Under the pieces are notes generated by a model that searched no databases, was not told where the DNA came from, and saw only the letters and a list, made by a program, of their open reading frames with translations. 64,000 bases of DNA. It comes from Bilabrum cf. latius (taxonomy: Eukaryota). Position 1 is the stretch's first letter. Every line of letters starts with the position of its first letter. The position numbers and the translations under genes are program-made. The stretch lies in the NCBI GenBank assembly GCA_965178125.1, contig OZ237747.1:434001-498000 (forward strand), given 5' to 3'. Shown here in pieces: positions 11,801 through 23,787 of the stretch.

Positions 11801-14800
11801 CTTGCAATGAGACTGGGCCAGACAAAGCCTGGTTCTTGCTCCTGCGAGTCCTGCGACACGTGCAAGGTTAGCATGTTGCTGTACATGCTATTGAAGTTGG
11901 CGATTACAGCGAGGGTAGGCAGGTCGACGGCGGGAGCAGCCGGAAGATCTTGCCCATCCGGACCCAACGATGGACTGGGCCATACATCGCCCTCCTTATC
12001 ACCGTGCTAAGCCTAGTACTTCGCTGACAGCACGGTAGCAGCCAGCAGGCAGTCGCACAGTTGCTCGGAGATGATTTTTCCCTGCAGCACAACCTGCTGT
12101 GGCATACTGTGGCACACCACCGCACGGTCAATCCGAGTGAGCGCAGCTGGGTCGCTCCCTGCAGCAACCTGGGTGCTCTTTGGCTCGGGCATGGACATGA
12201 GCCTCTACATGCCAAGCAAGAACCGCAATGTTGCGGCTCCAGCAACTATCGTTCCGACAGTAGCATTCATGCACTCTTCGGTCCCCCACACCCGCAATGG
12301 CCCTTCAATGGAAGAAATCAGGCCGTCCGCCAGGGTGCACACCTTTGACCACCTGGCCTCCTGCGCTCGCCGTGCAGCGCCACCAATCCCTGGCAGCAGC
12401 GGCGCGCACGGCAACCAAACGAACGATGTGTGCTCGGCGGCTTCAGGCGCTGCAAGTGCCGCCTGCTTCCAGTCCCTTAGCCTCCATTCAGGAGGAGCCG
12501 CAGCCGGATCCACGCTCATGCTGGCAACCAGCATCAGCCGATTTGCCCCGCTTGTTCCCTCAACGGCACTTTTATCAGCTAGCAGTGCTGCAAATCGATG
12601 TACAATGCCTTCTGGTGCCCTACAATTGATCGCCATGTGGTGCATCCGTCCTCGCCACAGCAGTTCAATCTAGGCCCTTAGTCGGCCAAGCCCGGCAACT
12701 AGCAGGCCTTCAGGCGAACCAGCTACCTCTGCAGCTGTAGCAACCATCCTTTCATCCTTCAAGCCTATGGCCAGCTGCAATGCAAGCCTCATCGCGCTAA
12801 GCGGCTGCGTGAGCTGCCCCAGAGTGGGCGTCCTACTGCTGAAGGATCCTTCTCCCCACGTCTTCTGGCTGCCGCGACCAGGCTGGCACAGGCTCCTGCC
12901 GGCCGCATGCATGAGCATCTCGAGAGTTCGGTACGCTTGCTTGTCAAACAAACACTCGGTTGAAAGCGCTTCGATGACAGCTGCAGTATTCGGCGGCATA
13001 GTGAGCTCGATCGCCTGGTCGGCACTATCATCTTCGCCGGCTCCAGTAGCCGATGCTCCGCTCGAAGGCTCCCCTTCACGACGCAACAGCGTGAGACAGG
13101 CCGCAATACTCCTTGACACGGAACTGTTGATGGCCTCAGGTGCCTCTCCAATCGTGAGAGCGACTGATGGGTCCAGACCGAACGTTTGTCTTGTTCCCTC
13201 GAAGGCACGCTGCAGCTCCTCTCGGTCCTGCTCCTTGAGCGAGTCCACGACGCGCCTGAAACACGGAATTGCTTCCATCAAGCACGACTTGTCGCTCTTG
13301 TCTGCCGATCCGAATGAACGCTCATCAAGTTCCTCCGAAACCGGACCGCTGCCGGCCTGCAGTGCTTCGCTCTCCTCGCCGGCGTCGGGAGAATCGCCCG
13401 CAAGATCTCCTGCCACGTGCATGCAAATCAATTTGGCCGCTCCAGCAACCCTGATCGCGGCCCTGGTCACATCCTGCTCTTTGGCAGCCTGCTGGATGGC
13501 CTTGTTCTGCATGCCCAGTTCCTGCAGGTCGGCAGCCTCGTGCAGCTGCTTGGCCATGGAATGCAAGGAACTGCCCTGCTCGAACGAGTCCGGCTAGAAG
13601 AGCGGAGCGGTGAAGTCCCCACCCGCAACCGCGCATGCCTCGTGCATGATGGCGGCCCGTCGCTTGCTGGGCATCGGGGGAATCTCGAGCAGATCGCAGA
13701 GATCGCCAGGCGTGACCACCTGCAATGCAATAAGGGGAGCTTCGTCGCCGCCCGGTGCAGGTGCAGGCGGTGGGCCGCTGGCAGCAGCAGCAGCCTCACC
13801 ACCATTCATGGCAGCTGCAGAACCTGCTTCATCATCGTCGCTACCGTCCTCAAGCTCAGCAGTCGCTCCGAACATCCTCTCTATCACTGCATCTGCTTCG
13901 GCGTGCGGCCCCGCAGCGGAGGCCGGCTCATATAATCCCGTGCGAAAGGGGACCCAGCCGCAGAGTCGCATCGGATCATTAGAGCTAACCTGCTGCTTTT
14001 CTATTGTGCCGCTTGGCTCAGCACCGCTCGAAACAGAAGGAGGTGCACTGCCAGCGGCAGTATCCACCTCGGGTGGCAAATGCCAACTTCCTCCCCTTTC
14101 GTCCGATTCCAGTCTCGAGCTTGGGAAGTATACGCACATGTCGCTGTCGTCGCTCAAAATTCCTAGACAGGTCTCATCTTTGCGCAGGCCGAGGGCTGCT
14201 GCAGCGGCAGTGGGAGCAGAGAAGTCCTCCGTTCCCGCCTTGAGCTGGGGGCTGGAGGCGCCGGCCTCTGGAACGATGGGCCCGCATCCCAGAGCCGACT
14301 GCCACGCCTCTGCACCCAGCATTTCATCGGCCTCGTCGGGCGCCATGTAACAACGCACATCCATGCTTCGAAGCACACGGCGGACTTCCGCTTCCACTTG
14401 TTCCCCGGGTTTGCCTACGATGCTAGGTGGCACATCCTAGGAGGTTCTGCCACCTTCGCGACGGCTGCTGCTCAGTACAGTCTCCAGAAGTTGTGGGCCA
14501 AACGCACGCCTAGGAGCAGCACTCGAATGCTTTCCAGCGCTTTGCCTGGACACAACATCCACTGCATTGGTCAAACGCTCCAAACTCGACTGTGACTGCT
14601 TCTTGCGGTTAGCTTGCGTTCTGGCCTTGAGCTTGATCTCAACAGAGGTGACGCCTCGGCGGGCAGCTGCAAGCGACAAGTTCATAGCAAGTACCCTATC
14701 AATCGATGCAGCCTGTTCAAGGATGCTTGGCCCGTCGTAAACGAAGACGAGATCACAACCAGCACTTCTAAAAGCCGAGACGAACCTTGCTGTCGATGCG

Positions 14801-15021
14801 CGCACCATCGCGTTCCCACGCCCGTAAATTTCAGGGAACGGTACGAGTCGATCAGTTCTATCGCGAACATGATCCTACAGAGCTTCGTACAGCCTCCAGA
14901 GGAACGATGACGCGTCCACGAGAACGACGGTCCGGTGCCTGCCATTCACCAGGCTCTGAATCTTTCTGACCGGTTTCTTGAATACCTCAAGTACAAGGGC
15001 AGACAATCCTTTCACACCCAT
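5824..15021 (-). CDS. FEN1/XPG-like (Asteroid/FAM120-type) PIN nuclease fused to a DEAH/RHA-type RNA helicase, ~3065 aa
   Basis: Continuous frame with about 14 TAG and no TAA/TGA. Nuclease motifs: MGVKGL, VLVDASS, FVYDG, EADE, ILSDDSD, AGGDF. Helicase motifs: TGSGKS, TQPRRVAA, DEVH, SAT, ATNIAESSITIPDV, QRSGRAGR, and HA2-like TPLGQMLSTFP. Confidence 0.8.
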
Positions 15022-15245
15022 TGCAAAAAAATATCGATTACTTGTGTTCTTTGTGAATTATCTGGATCCAGCAAGTATCATTACAGTGCGGTGCATCTCC
15101 AGGAACAAGAGTTTCCCCTCATTCTTCTTCATTCTGAACCGTCCTGGCCACCAAACGGGGTGTCCTGACCGCAATAATGGCTCCGCACGCAAGCACCGTA
15201 TCACTGGCGGCCCTCAGCGACCGAGCGCAGAACGGTCGGTGCCAG

Positions 15246-16187
15246 TTACTGCCCCACTCGCTTGATACACGTGATGCTCGTGACTGCCCGCTCGCACACA
15301 GGAACCGGTGTATCCACGCAAGTGGGTCTAGAAATTACCTTACCGTTCAGGACGCTCACCGAGCTACCCCCCCCGTCCAGATTCACGGCGTGCAGTGCCC
15401 CTACATCCACGAGCGCATCGGCGAACTCGAACAGGTCGAGGCCCTGCTTGACGCTCTCGATGCCGTCCACCTGAAGGAGGAGCAGCTCTCCCGATGGGAG
15501 GACTCCAAGGCCGGTCCGTGGTGCCTTCTCGGTGGTGAATGTGCTCGACACGTTCAGGTCTGGGCTAGAGCGCACGTTGGACCGACCGTCTCGCACGAGC
15601 CAGCCGACGCCCTGCACCAGCGAGCTAAACTCAATCTGCGCCAGTTCTTCCTTGGGCAGGAATCCAATCGTGTAAGATTCGTTCTTGAGCAAGCCAAAAT
15701 TCACCCTGTCCAAGCCTGGGAGCTGCTCGACGGTACCATTGCCGCCAAGTACGAGATTTCCAATGCACCGGTCCGCTCCGGTATAAGCAAAGAATCCCGC
15801 ATTCGTGGCATACTCGCAGCCGCGCTACTATGCACTCATAGATGTTTTCTGCTCGCCAGAGCAAATGGGTTCTCCGATGTCGATGGTAAACCTCCTCGGA
15901 TCCGGCAGGATCGCGCTGTGAGCAACGTACCACCTTCCCGTGCTCTTTACGGTCGTATTGAAAGACTTCACTTGAATCTTATCAGGTGAATGCGGCGGAA
16001 ACATGATATTCACGGTGTCCTGACTCGCAGTTGCCTCTTTCGGCAAAAGGTGCTGTAGTGCTGCTGCGGTCGAGCTAGCCGAATCTTCTAGTCCTTCTGC
16101 AAGTCGGACGCCCATAGCAGATAAAATTGTAGACACAACGACTGATAAGGCCATCATTAGAGCCGCACTACTGTAGCAAGGCGCCAT
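15246..16187 (-). CDS. Phosphodiester glycosidase (NAGPA/DUF2233-like), secreted, ~313 aa, ends TAA
   Basis: Hydrophobic N-terminus, then (Q)(Q)RGCEYATNAGFF, GVGWLVRDG, APRTGLG, VDG, AVNLDGGGSS, CERAVTSITCI. Two tandem TAGs at 15825-15830. Confidence 0.85.
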
Positions 16188-16342
16188 TCATCTCCCGTGA
16201 GAGAGAGGAAGAGAAGCAAGCATCATGCTGCGCTAGTAGTACTTGCGCCGGCGGTGTCGGTGGTCACTGCAGCTCGATCATATCTCTTGTACAATGCTGT
16301 GGCAGGTAGACAGAATAGTTGTCCTGCACAGATATCGACCAT

Positions 16343-17935
16343 TTAACTTCCTTGGGATACGGTTCGAACGGCCCCCAGGAATCCTCGCGCGGCCTTCACC
16401 CACCGATCCACGACCACCTCCACGCCCTCCTTCGAGGTGGGGTTGAAGAAATTGAAGCACCCGACCGCGTCTTCCAGTGGCATCACTGGCGCCCCCTCAT
16501 CAAACCGTTCTACAGCCGCCATGGCTCCATCGTCACCTGCGGAGAGCACGCCCCCGCTTCCCTATGGAGAGGTCCGTGCCTTGCGCGCACGCAGCCTCCC
16601 AGCTTTGCCCCTTGCGTTGTGCTGCAGCAGACTGGGCCCCTTATTCTCCTCGGCCCAGCGAGCCAGCTCCTCCTGCTCATCCCCCGCATAGACCTCCGCA
16701 GCCACACTTACGAGCACCCCAGCCTCGAGTACGGCCCAGTCCAGAGACGTCCCAGGGCTGACATAGTGCAGTGTGGTGCCAGCGGCCCCCCTCGGCAGGT
16801 CCACTCCCAGTGCCTCCTTCATCTTGCGGACGGCCAGCTGCGCGCCCGCCATCGGGTCGTCGGGGTCCACACCGTGTGACGAGTGCACCGCGGCCTGCAT
16901 GGCCTGCTTCAGCTCCGCGCCTGCTTCCCTGCCGTCCTCGGTCCACGCCGGCGACTCCATGAGCGTGTATGCGCCGCTGTGCAGCGTCAGGTAGCCTTGG
17001 GGCCGGGCCTTCAGTATGATATCGCGCAAGTTTCGCGTCTCCTCCTCGCTGAAGGGGGCAGGCCCTGGGTACACCTCCCACGGGGAGAAAGGAGGAGGGA
17101 CGACGGGGAATGAACCGAGGTCCAGCTTGCTAGTATCCGTGGAGGTGGAGGACTTATGTGAGGGCTCTTCAGTCCCATCTGCCGCCTGTGAAGAGGGCCG
17201 GCTGTCTTCTGTAGTTACGGACACAGACTGCGACGTCGATTCTGTGTGGCTGGTGCCTGTGATTTGGCCAGGTGGCGCCTCCTTCTCCTTGCCCTCCTCC
17301 TCCTTGCCCTCCTCATCCTCGCCTCTGCACTTGCTGCTGGAGAACTCACCGGCTGCCGCCCGCACCGACATGATCGAGCGCTTCCCAAGCGCGTGGCGCG
17401 CATTGTCTTGCAGAAATGCTTGCTCTTGACTTGTACTTTCGGTGACTGACGGAGGAGGGACCGCTTGGAAATGGCTCGGGAAGTTGCGATTCAGGTCGAC
17501 GCCGCGAGCGTTCGTCCGGCGGCAAAGCTCTCCCCCTTCAACCATCTGTCTTCCGCCTAAATTGACAATAGGCACTATCGTAATAGCAAAACCGCTCGGC
17601 ATATTGCCTTCGCAAGCAGCCCGCAGAATGCCGATCGAGACTTCGGCTGTAATCACCTCCCGAGCATGCTCGCCTGACACTATGACCGCCCGTAGAGCAG
17701 TTTCGGCAGTGTCCTAGGCTGGTACACTTACTTCAAATGCCCTGACACTCCCAATGGACACATCACGCACAACGGCATGGATGCAAGCACCCGGCGAAGT
17801 AGACTCGGTGAAGATGCGAAAGACGTCCACCGGCTCGTGGTAGATTCCACCAATCATGGCCGAACACTACTTAAACAAAAGAAGGCATGCGATAATCCCT
17901 ATAATCCATAGTTTTCCATTCTTTCCGGCCCACAT
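16343..17935 (-). CDS. Zinc carboxypeptidase, peptidase family M14, ~530 aa, ends TAA; start uncertain (alternative ATGs at 17857 and ~18040)
   Basis: GEHAREVIT (HxxE), RRTNARGVDLNRNF, YPGPAPFSEEET, TLHSG, GTSLDW, AAEVY, CFNFFNP. Signal-like MWAGKNGKLWIIGIIACLLLFK(Q)CSA. Confidence 0.85.
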
Positions 17936-18046
17936 GGAGCCAATTCTGCCGCGCGCCGGCTCGATCAAATTGTTTAGTGGGGTTTTGACAAGTGAAACTG
18001 ATTTAAATCGCTTCCATGCCGTTTCGTCTGGCTGCTACATCCCTCC

Positions 18047-21000
18047 ATGCGAAATGTATCCTTATTTATACACAGCATTCTTTGGGACACTCCACCAGAA
18101 TCCGTGAGTCCATTTTCTACCGGGTAGAGCCGTGGTTTGCCACCATGAGCTTGGGTTGCACTTTTTTTGAGTTCTAAGCGTTTGATCATTCTCTCGCAGG
18201 ATTTTGACATCTGTCTGTCAAATGAACGAGGCCGAGTTATCTGGCGACATTCTGTATCACCGCCTGAGCCAGGAGAGTTTGAATGCGGTTTGCATCGTGG
18301 GGCCCGGTTGCAGGTACAACCCGGCAAGAAGTTGCAGCTCCAAACAGATGCAAGGTGCGCGGACAAAGGCGCAAGCTGTACTTTATCATCATTCTAGCTG
18401 ATTGGTCAAGTGCCTTTGGCTCTGACTACCGGAAAAGTTGACGTGCACATTCCGCTGTCGCCGAATGTGTGGGTAGGCAAAGAGGGCCGGTCTGCTATTT
18501 TGTCAACAGAACAGCGAGTTGGGGACGCGCAGGCATGGGTCCTTGCCACAATTTTAGTTGAAACTACTTCGTCCTTAGTTAAGGAAGGAGAGAATCCCGT
18601 AGCAGGGGCGTCACACCCAGAGGCAAGACCTTATAGTCCGGCGCGGCAGGGGCCAGAGCGCGATGACGAAGCAGGCATCGCGGCGCAAGGCCGTGGCGAG
18701 CCGAGCCTCGGCCCAGAGCAGCCAGCTATTGCTGATACCAAGACAGGTGGCCCCTAGAAACACAGCGGCGTAGTCACCGATTCGGCAGCACCAGCCCGAT
18801 AGAGTCTCAAGAGGCACGATGGATCAAAAGGAACGTGGCACCCGGGCGACGCCAGCGCGTGCCGGCCGATGTACCAACCGCCACCACTATTCTACGCTTC
18901 GCCAGCTCCAGCAACTCGCAGCCGGTATGCATCCATGCCAGGGCGCGGCAGCGGGGGGGCTCCAGCTCTGATCTCGATCGCGTCGCCTTCGTCTGCCGGA
19001 GCCCCACACTGGGCCCGCACACGGCCAACCGGTGCTCTGAAGCCAACTGCTGCCGCGAAGGGCGTTGCAGAGGTGCTTGCTTCGGGAGAATCGAGGGTCC
19101 ACAAGGGATTGGATCCCTAGCACGCCACACCGTTGCATAAGCAATCCAGGGATCCCTTCGCCGGCTCGGCTGGTGTTCACTCCGGGCAAGGTCTAGACCA
19201 CCACCAGGCTCAGGGGAAGGTGGCCTCAACAGGTTCTACTAGAAGCAGCCGCGATCACGTGCTGTCGATGATGCAGGCATAGCTCACGCAGATCAGCCAT
19301 GCGCTAGGATTGCCACCACCACCAAGCCAGAGCCGTGTAGATGGTAGAGACGAGAGCGTTGGTAGGGTCGACAGTAGGCTCCAACAAGAAGAATCCAAGG
19401 AACAGGGCAACAACAGAGCCGCCAGTGTTCGGCAGGTTGATATTGGTACGGTCTAGCTGCAGTCTCGGCTGGATGGTGCGGGCGCTGCCTAGAGCTTGTC
19501 GATTCGACAGCAAGGCAGTGTGACCCGGCAGGAATCGGAAGAGCTTCTGCTTCACGCCTCAGGGCACGGTCGAGTGGCTACAGATGCAGACCTTCGGTCG
19601 AGCTGGAAGGGTGCAGGAAGAAGCAGGCTGCAGCGTGGGATGCGACGGTCCCGTGAGCAAGACCGTGGCATGGCGGTCCTGGCAGCAGGTAGCGTGGCGA
19701 GGGCACACGTGCATCTGCAGCAGACACGAGCTGGGGTCCCGTTGGCCAGAAGTGGAGTCATTCGAGGGTAGATGCAGCCTTCCACTAATGATGAGGCGTC
19801 GATGACAAAAGCAATTGCAACTGCATCGAGCAGAAATCCGCCCAGACGCGGCTTGGGTGCTTCCACGCTCGAGGCAGCCAGTATGCCTGCGACAGTCCAG
19901 CGAAGTCAAAGCAACGCCGACGCGGACTTTCAAGCTGCTGACGTCCCCGACGATGTTCTTGAAAGTCTGGAAAATGCCTGGGGCGATCTGGACTTGGCAA
20001 GCGAGAGGGGCACGAGGGATGAGTCCAGCTACTTGGACCCACACGAGCGTGAAGACGACGTGCTACCGCCTGTGAAGGCCGCAGCCAGCCCGACCAGAAG
20101 CTCGATGAAATCTAGTGAGCGAGGTGCGTAGGCGAGTCTGCGAGATAGCACGGCAAATCGTGGTGGTATTGCTTTGTATGCTTCCAGAGGGGCAGGGGCT
20201 AGAGACAGCATTCGGTCTGCGTTGCGAAATGCCGTTGCGTTGGGGGACTCGACGAAAGCGCCAGTCTCTAGCAGCAAGAGAAAGCAGTCTGGCTCCCGAA
20301 CTTCTCGTGCGTCTCTTGCGGAGGCATCATAGCTTGACGTACCCAGCGACCCTTAGGAAGCATCTGACGTCCATGGTGAGTCCACGTCGGTCCAGCAGCA
20401 GTCATCGTCCGCAAGCAACTCACCTGTCGCATCGGATCGAGTACCTGTCATCGACGTGGCCAAAGCCGGACCACTAGGTCGCCCTGCAGTTGACATGCGG
20501 GTTGCCTCATCCACGGGTGGCAGCTTCCACGATGCCCAGGGCAATGCACTGCTGGGAACTACTGGATAGCTCTCCGGCCTCATGAGCGCCGACTCCCTCG
20601 AGGTGAGCGGATCTGGATAGCAGGCCGGGCAACCCGGCGAGTCGGTGTCGAGTGCACGGGCCGGAGATGAGGACAACCATTCGCATGGACCAGGGTTTGG
20701 ACATAGACTGTTGCAGGCCAGGGTTGTCTCCCCACCGCCATCTGATTCGGACGCGGCTGGTCTTCTTCGTGCTGGGTTTGGCTCGCCGAGCGCGCATCCG
20801 GCACCTTCACACGCGAAGCTCCCCGACACGACTCGCGATAGCATGACGTCAACCTCGACCCCGAATCGACTGGCCGTGGTCGAAGTTGATGCTGTTGACC
20901 CGTCAGATGGTCATCGCCCGCGCCTGACTCCTACCGACCCCGTGGCCGAGGCAGGATCACATGGCAGCGCTGGAGCCGAGACCGCGTCAGCGTCTGACAG

Positions 21001-23635
21001 CTACGGGAGCGAGGGGTTTGAAGTGGATGCCAGAGCGCCAGGGGGCAATGGTGCCGCAGATGACGACGAGGCGGATGACTACGGCGATGATTTTGAGGAA
21101 GACGACGGCCGCGATGGGACACAGCCAAGCTCAGAACGTGCAGACGGTCCGGGACAATCACAAGCTGGTCTGTCCAAGACGCCGTCAGCCGGGGCAAGGA
21201 GACCTGGCCTGTCATCTGCGGGGAGGCACACGCGCAGTGCCACGGACATCGACGCGAGCTTGGACCTTGCTAGCATATCTGGGAGCAGATCCTTCGATTT
21301 CAGAAACGCTGATAAGGAGCTTGGCCACAAATCGGTGTCTTCCGGCGTGCCGCCCCAGTCCCCTCAGTCCAAAGCCAGCTCATCCGAGCGTGTTAAGCTC
21401 TTAAAGCTGCCCGTTGCCACCCCTCACAGCGGCTCACTGCGCTCAGCCCGGAGCGCTCGCTCTCGCGGGGGGCGGACTGAGCTCAGCATTTCGGAGAGCG
21501 GCTCGGAGCTGGACGCTGGGGACCTCCACCAGCCGAGTGTAACCAGCAAAGCTGCTCCCGATCTACACGGGTATTCTTAGGTCATGTCTGTGAGTGACGG
21601 AAGCGGAACTGGTTCCAAGTACGGCACATCTGCGTCCCAAGGTGACGCGGCTGCACCTTCGATAGGGTCAGCGGAAGGCACCATCGAGGGGCAGTTCCTC
21701 GGACCGTCCCCATCCAGCGCGAGAGGCGCGCCCACGGGTGGATTTCACGAAGGAGGCTGGCAGTCGCCCCAATCTGCAGACGGCAGAGGGTCCGCCGAGC
21801 CGCCGAGTACATCTGGTGTGCTTGTAGTGAGCCCGTCCAGGGCCGCAGAGGGCACTTCCGGGCGCCCACACTACGGGGCCGGATCTCCATCTGGGCGCGC
21901 TCGCACGGCGACTGCGCGCCACTCGGGTGGGAGCCGACGCAGGACCAGGAGCAGCTCCGAGCGCGAGAGCCAGTCAGAGCTGCGGCAAGCGGCTGAGGAC
22001 ATGCGAAGGATGGCCGAGGCCGCTGGTGCCTCTTCAGCTGTGCCGCGCACGGGGTCAGGGAACACACCTTCGGCTTAGTCTTCGAGACGCCAGGAGTAGG
22101 CCTCGCGGCCCACCACCCGAGTCTCCGCGGGGGCAGCCCTCTTGTCTCCCTCTTTGACGGTGTCTCCTGAAGGAGGCATTACCACTGACGCGGGGTTCAG
22201 TGACCAGCCGCGACACCTCCGCGCCGAGGGCCCACACGCAGACGATGCTGTTGATGCAACGGGGATGAGCTTGGACGAGTCCAGCTCGCTCGATGTCAGT
22301 GACTCCATCGGAGGTGCCGCACTGCATGCACCGGACTCGAGGTCGACATCGCGCGGCGGACGCAACGAGAATCGGGGCTAGGGCTCCAGATCTTAGTCGT
22401 CGTCCAAGCGCGCTACCAGTGACGCGGCAGTCAGCCCTCGGGTCCCAGCCGCGGGTGACTCCGAGTCTCGATCGAGAGTAAGGGTAGACAGCGGGTCGTT
22501 CGGGGTGGACGAGGACGATGCAACGGGGAAGCAGCGCCCAGGATTCCTGCGGTCGACGGCAGGCAAGTGGGTGAGCAACAAGTCCCTGCGATCGGTGCCT
22601 GAGAGCGGAGAGAGAGAGCGCCTCGGCGACGGCTGGTCCGACTCGGAGGACTAGGATGAGGCTGTAGACCGCTACAGGTCGTCACTTAGCTCCCCGTCTG
22701 CTGGCTCTGGCAGCCTTGGAGCCGAGTTACCCAACCGACATGATGTAGCCGACCGCAGTGGGAGGCGGGGCAGGGTGGGCAGCTTGCCCACTTCCGACAT
22801 CGACATGTCCGTCGGCGAAGCGGGATCCACCCGGACTGGTGCCGAGGGCGGCATGGTCAAGCAGCTGCTCGGCAGCTCCGAGAGCAGCCCGAGACAGGGA
22901 GCCCACTCGATCGAGCCTGACCTCGAAGCCTCCTTAGATGGGGCACCGCGCATCGCATTGGGCCCGCAAGTGACCGACTCGCCGGGTGCTATCGCCCCTG
23001 ATGCTTCGAAGGCTCGCCTTGAGCTGCTGGCTGGAGCCGAGGAGCTAAGAGCTGCGGCTCGACAAGCCGGCCCTCTCGTATCCAGTAACGGGTCGGCGTT
23101 TGCCGAGAAATCTCCGTCCTCGCCTGTTGCGACCACTGGCTAGGGTGGGGGCTCGCTGTTGGTGCGGCCCACAGCCCGAGGGTCCAGGGAGTCTCTACAC
23201 GCCAAGATGCACTCCGGTGACTCGGATATTGCAAGCTTGGCGCAGCAAATTGCAGCGCCGTCGAGCGACAGTCATGGTAGCGGGGTTCTGGACGCGCATC
23301 CAACTGGGCCGATGCCGTAGGGGGCAGGGCGATCCCGGCAGAGCCAGTCCTCGTTTCAATCCGTGCGGGGCGGTGCAGGCAGCAGATCGTCTTCTCGAGG
23401 CCATCGCGATTCGATGAACGGGAACATACCGGTTAGTTTTGGGCAGGGAGGAGAAGGAGAAAGCAGTGCCTTGCAAATGGAGACCGACTCGCTGGTGGAC
23501 CCATCGGGTGGTGGAGCAAGCAGGGCGCAGCAATCCGAAGGGGCAGATATGGAGGACGAGGAAGGATCTTCATGGTCACTGGGCCGAAGTGGCCCCCTGC
23601 TGGCATCCCCGAATAGCAAGCAAGGGGGCGATTGA
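18047..23635 (+). CDS. Hypothetical ~1830-aa Ser/Gly/Ala-rich largely disordered protein with a small beta-rich N-terminal domain; intron 18104-18199
   Basis: About 5.4 kb in a single frame with ~21 TAG and no TAA/TGA until 23633. A GTGAGT...CTCGCAG intron removes an in-frame TGA. Confidence 0.65.
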
Positions 23636-23787
23636 GGAGCTTAGATGGATGGTGCTCAATCCGGATGATCGCTGCCTGATCATGTCACCGCCGCTGCACA
23701 CTGCGGGTGCTTCCTCGTGGTTGATCCGGACAGTGACACATATCGGGTATATAAATACTCAATCATCGACCTTATATGAACTCGATA

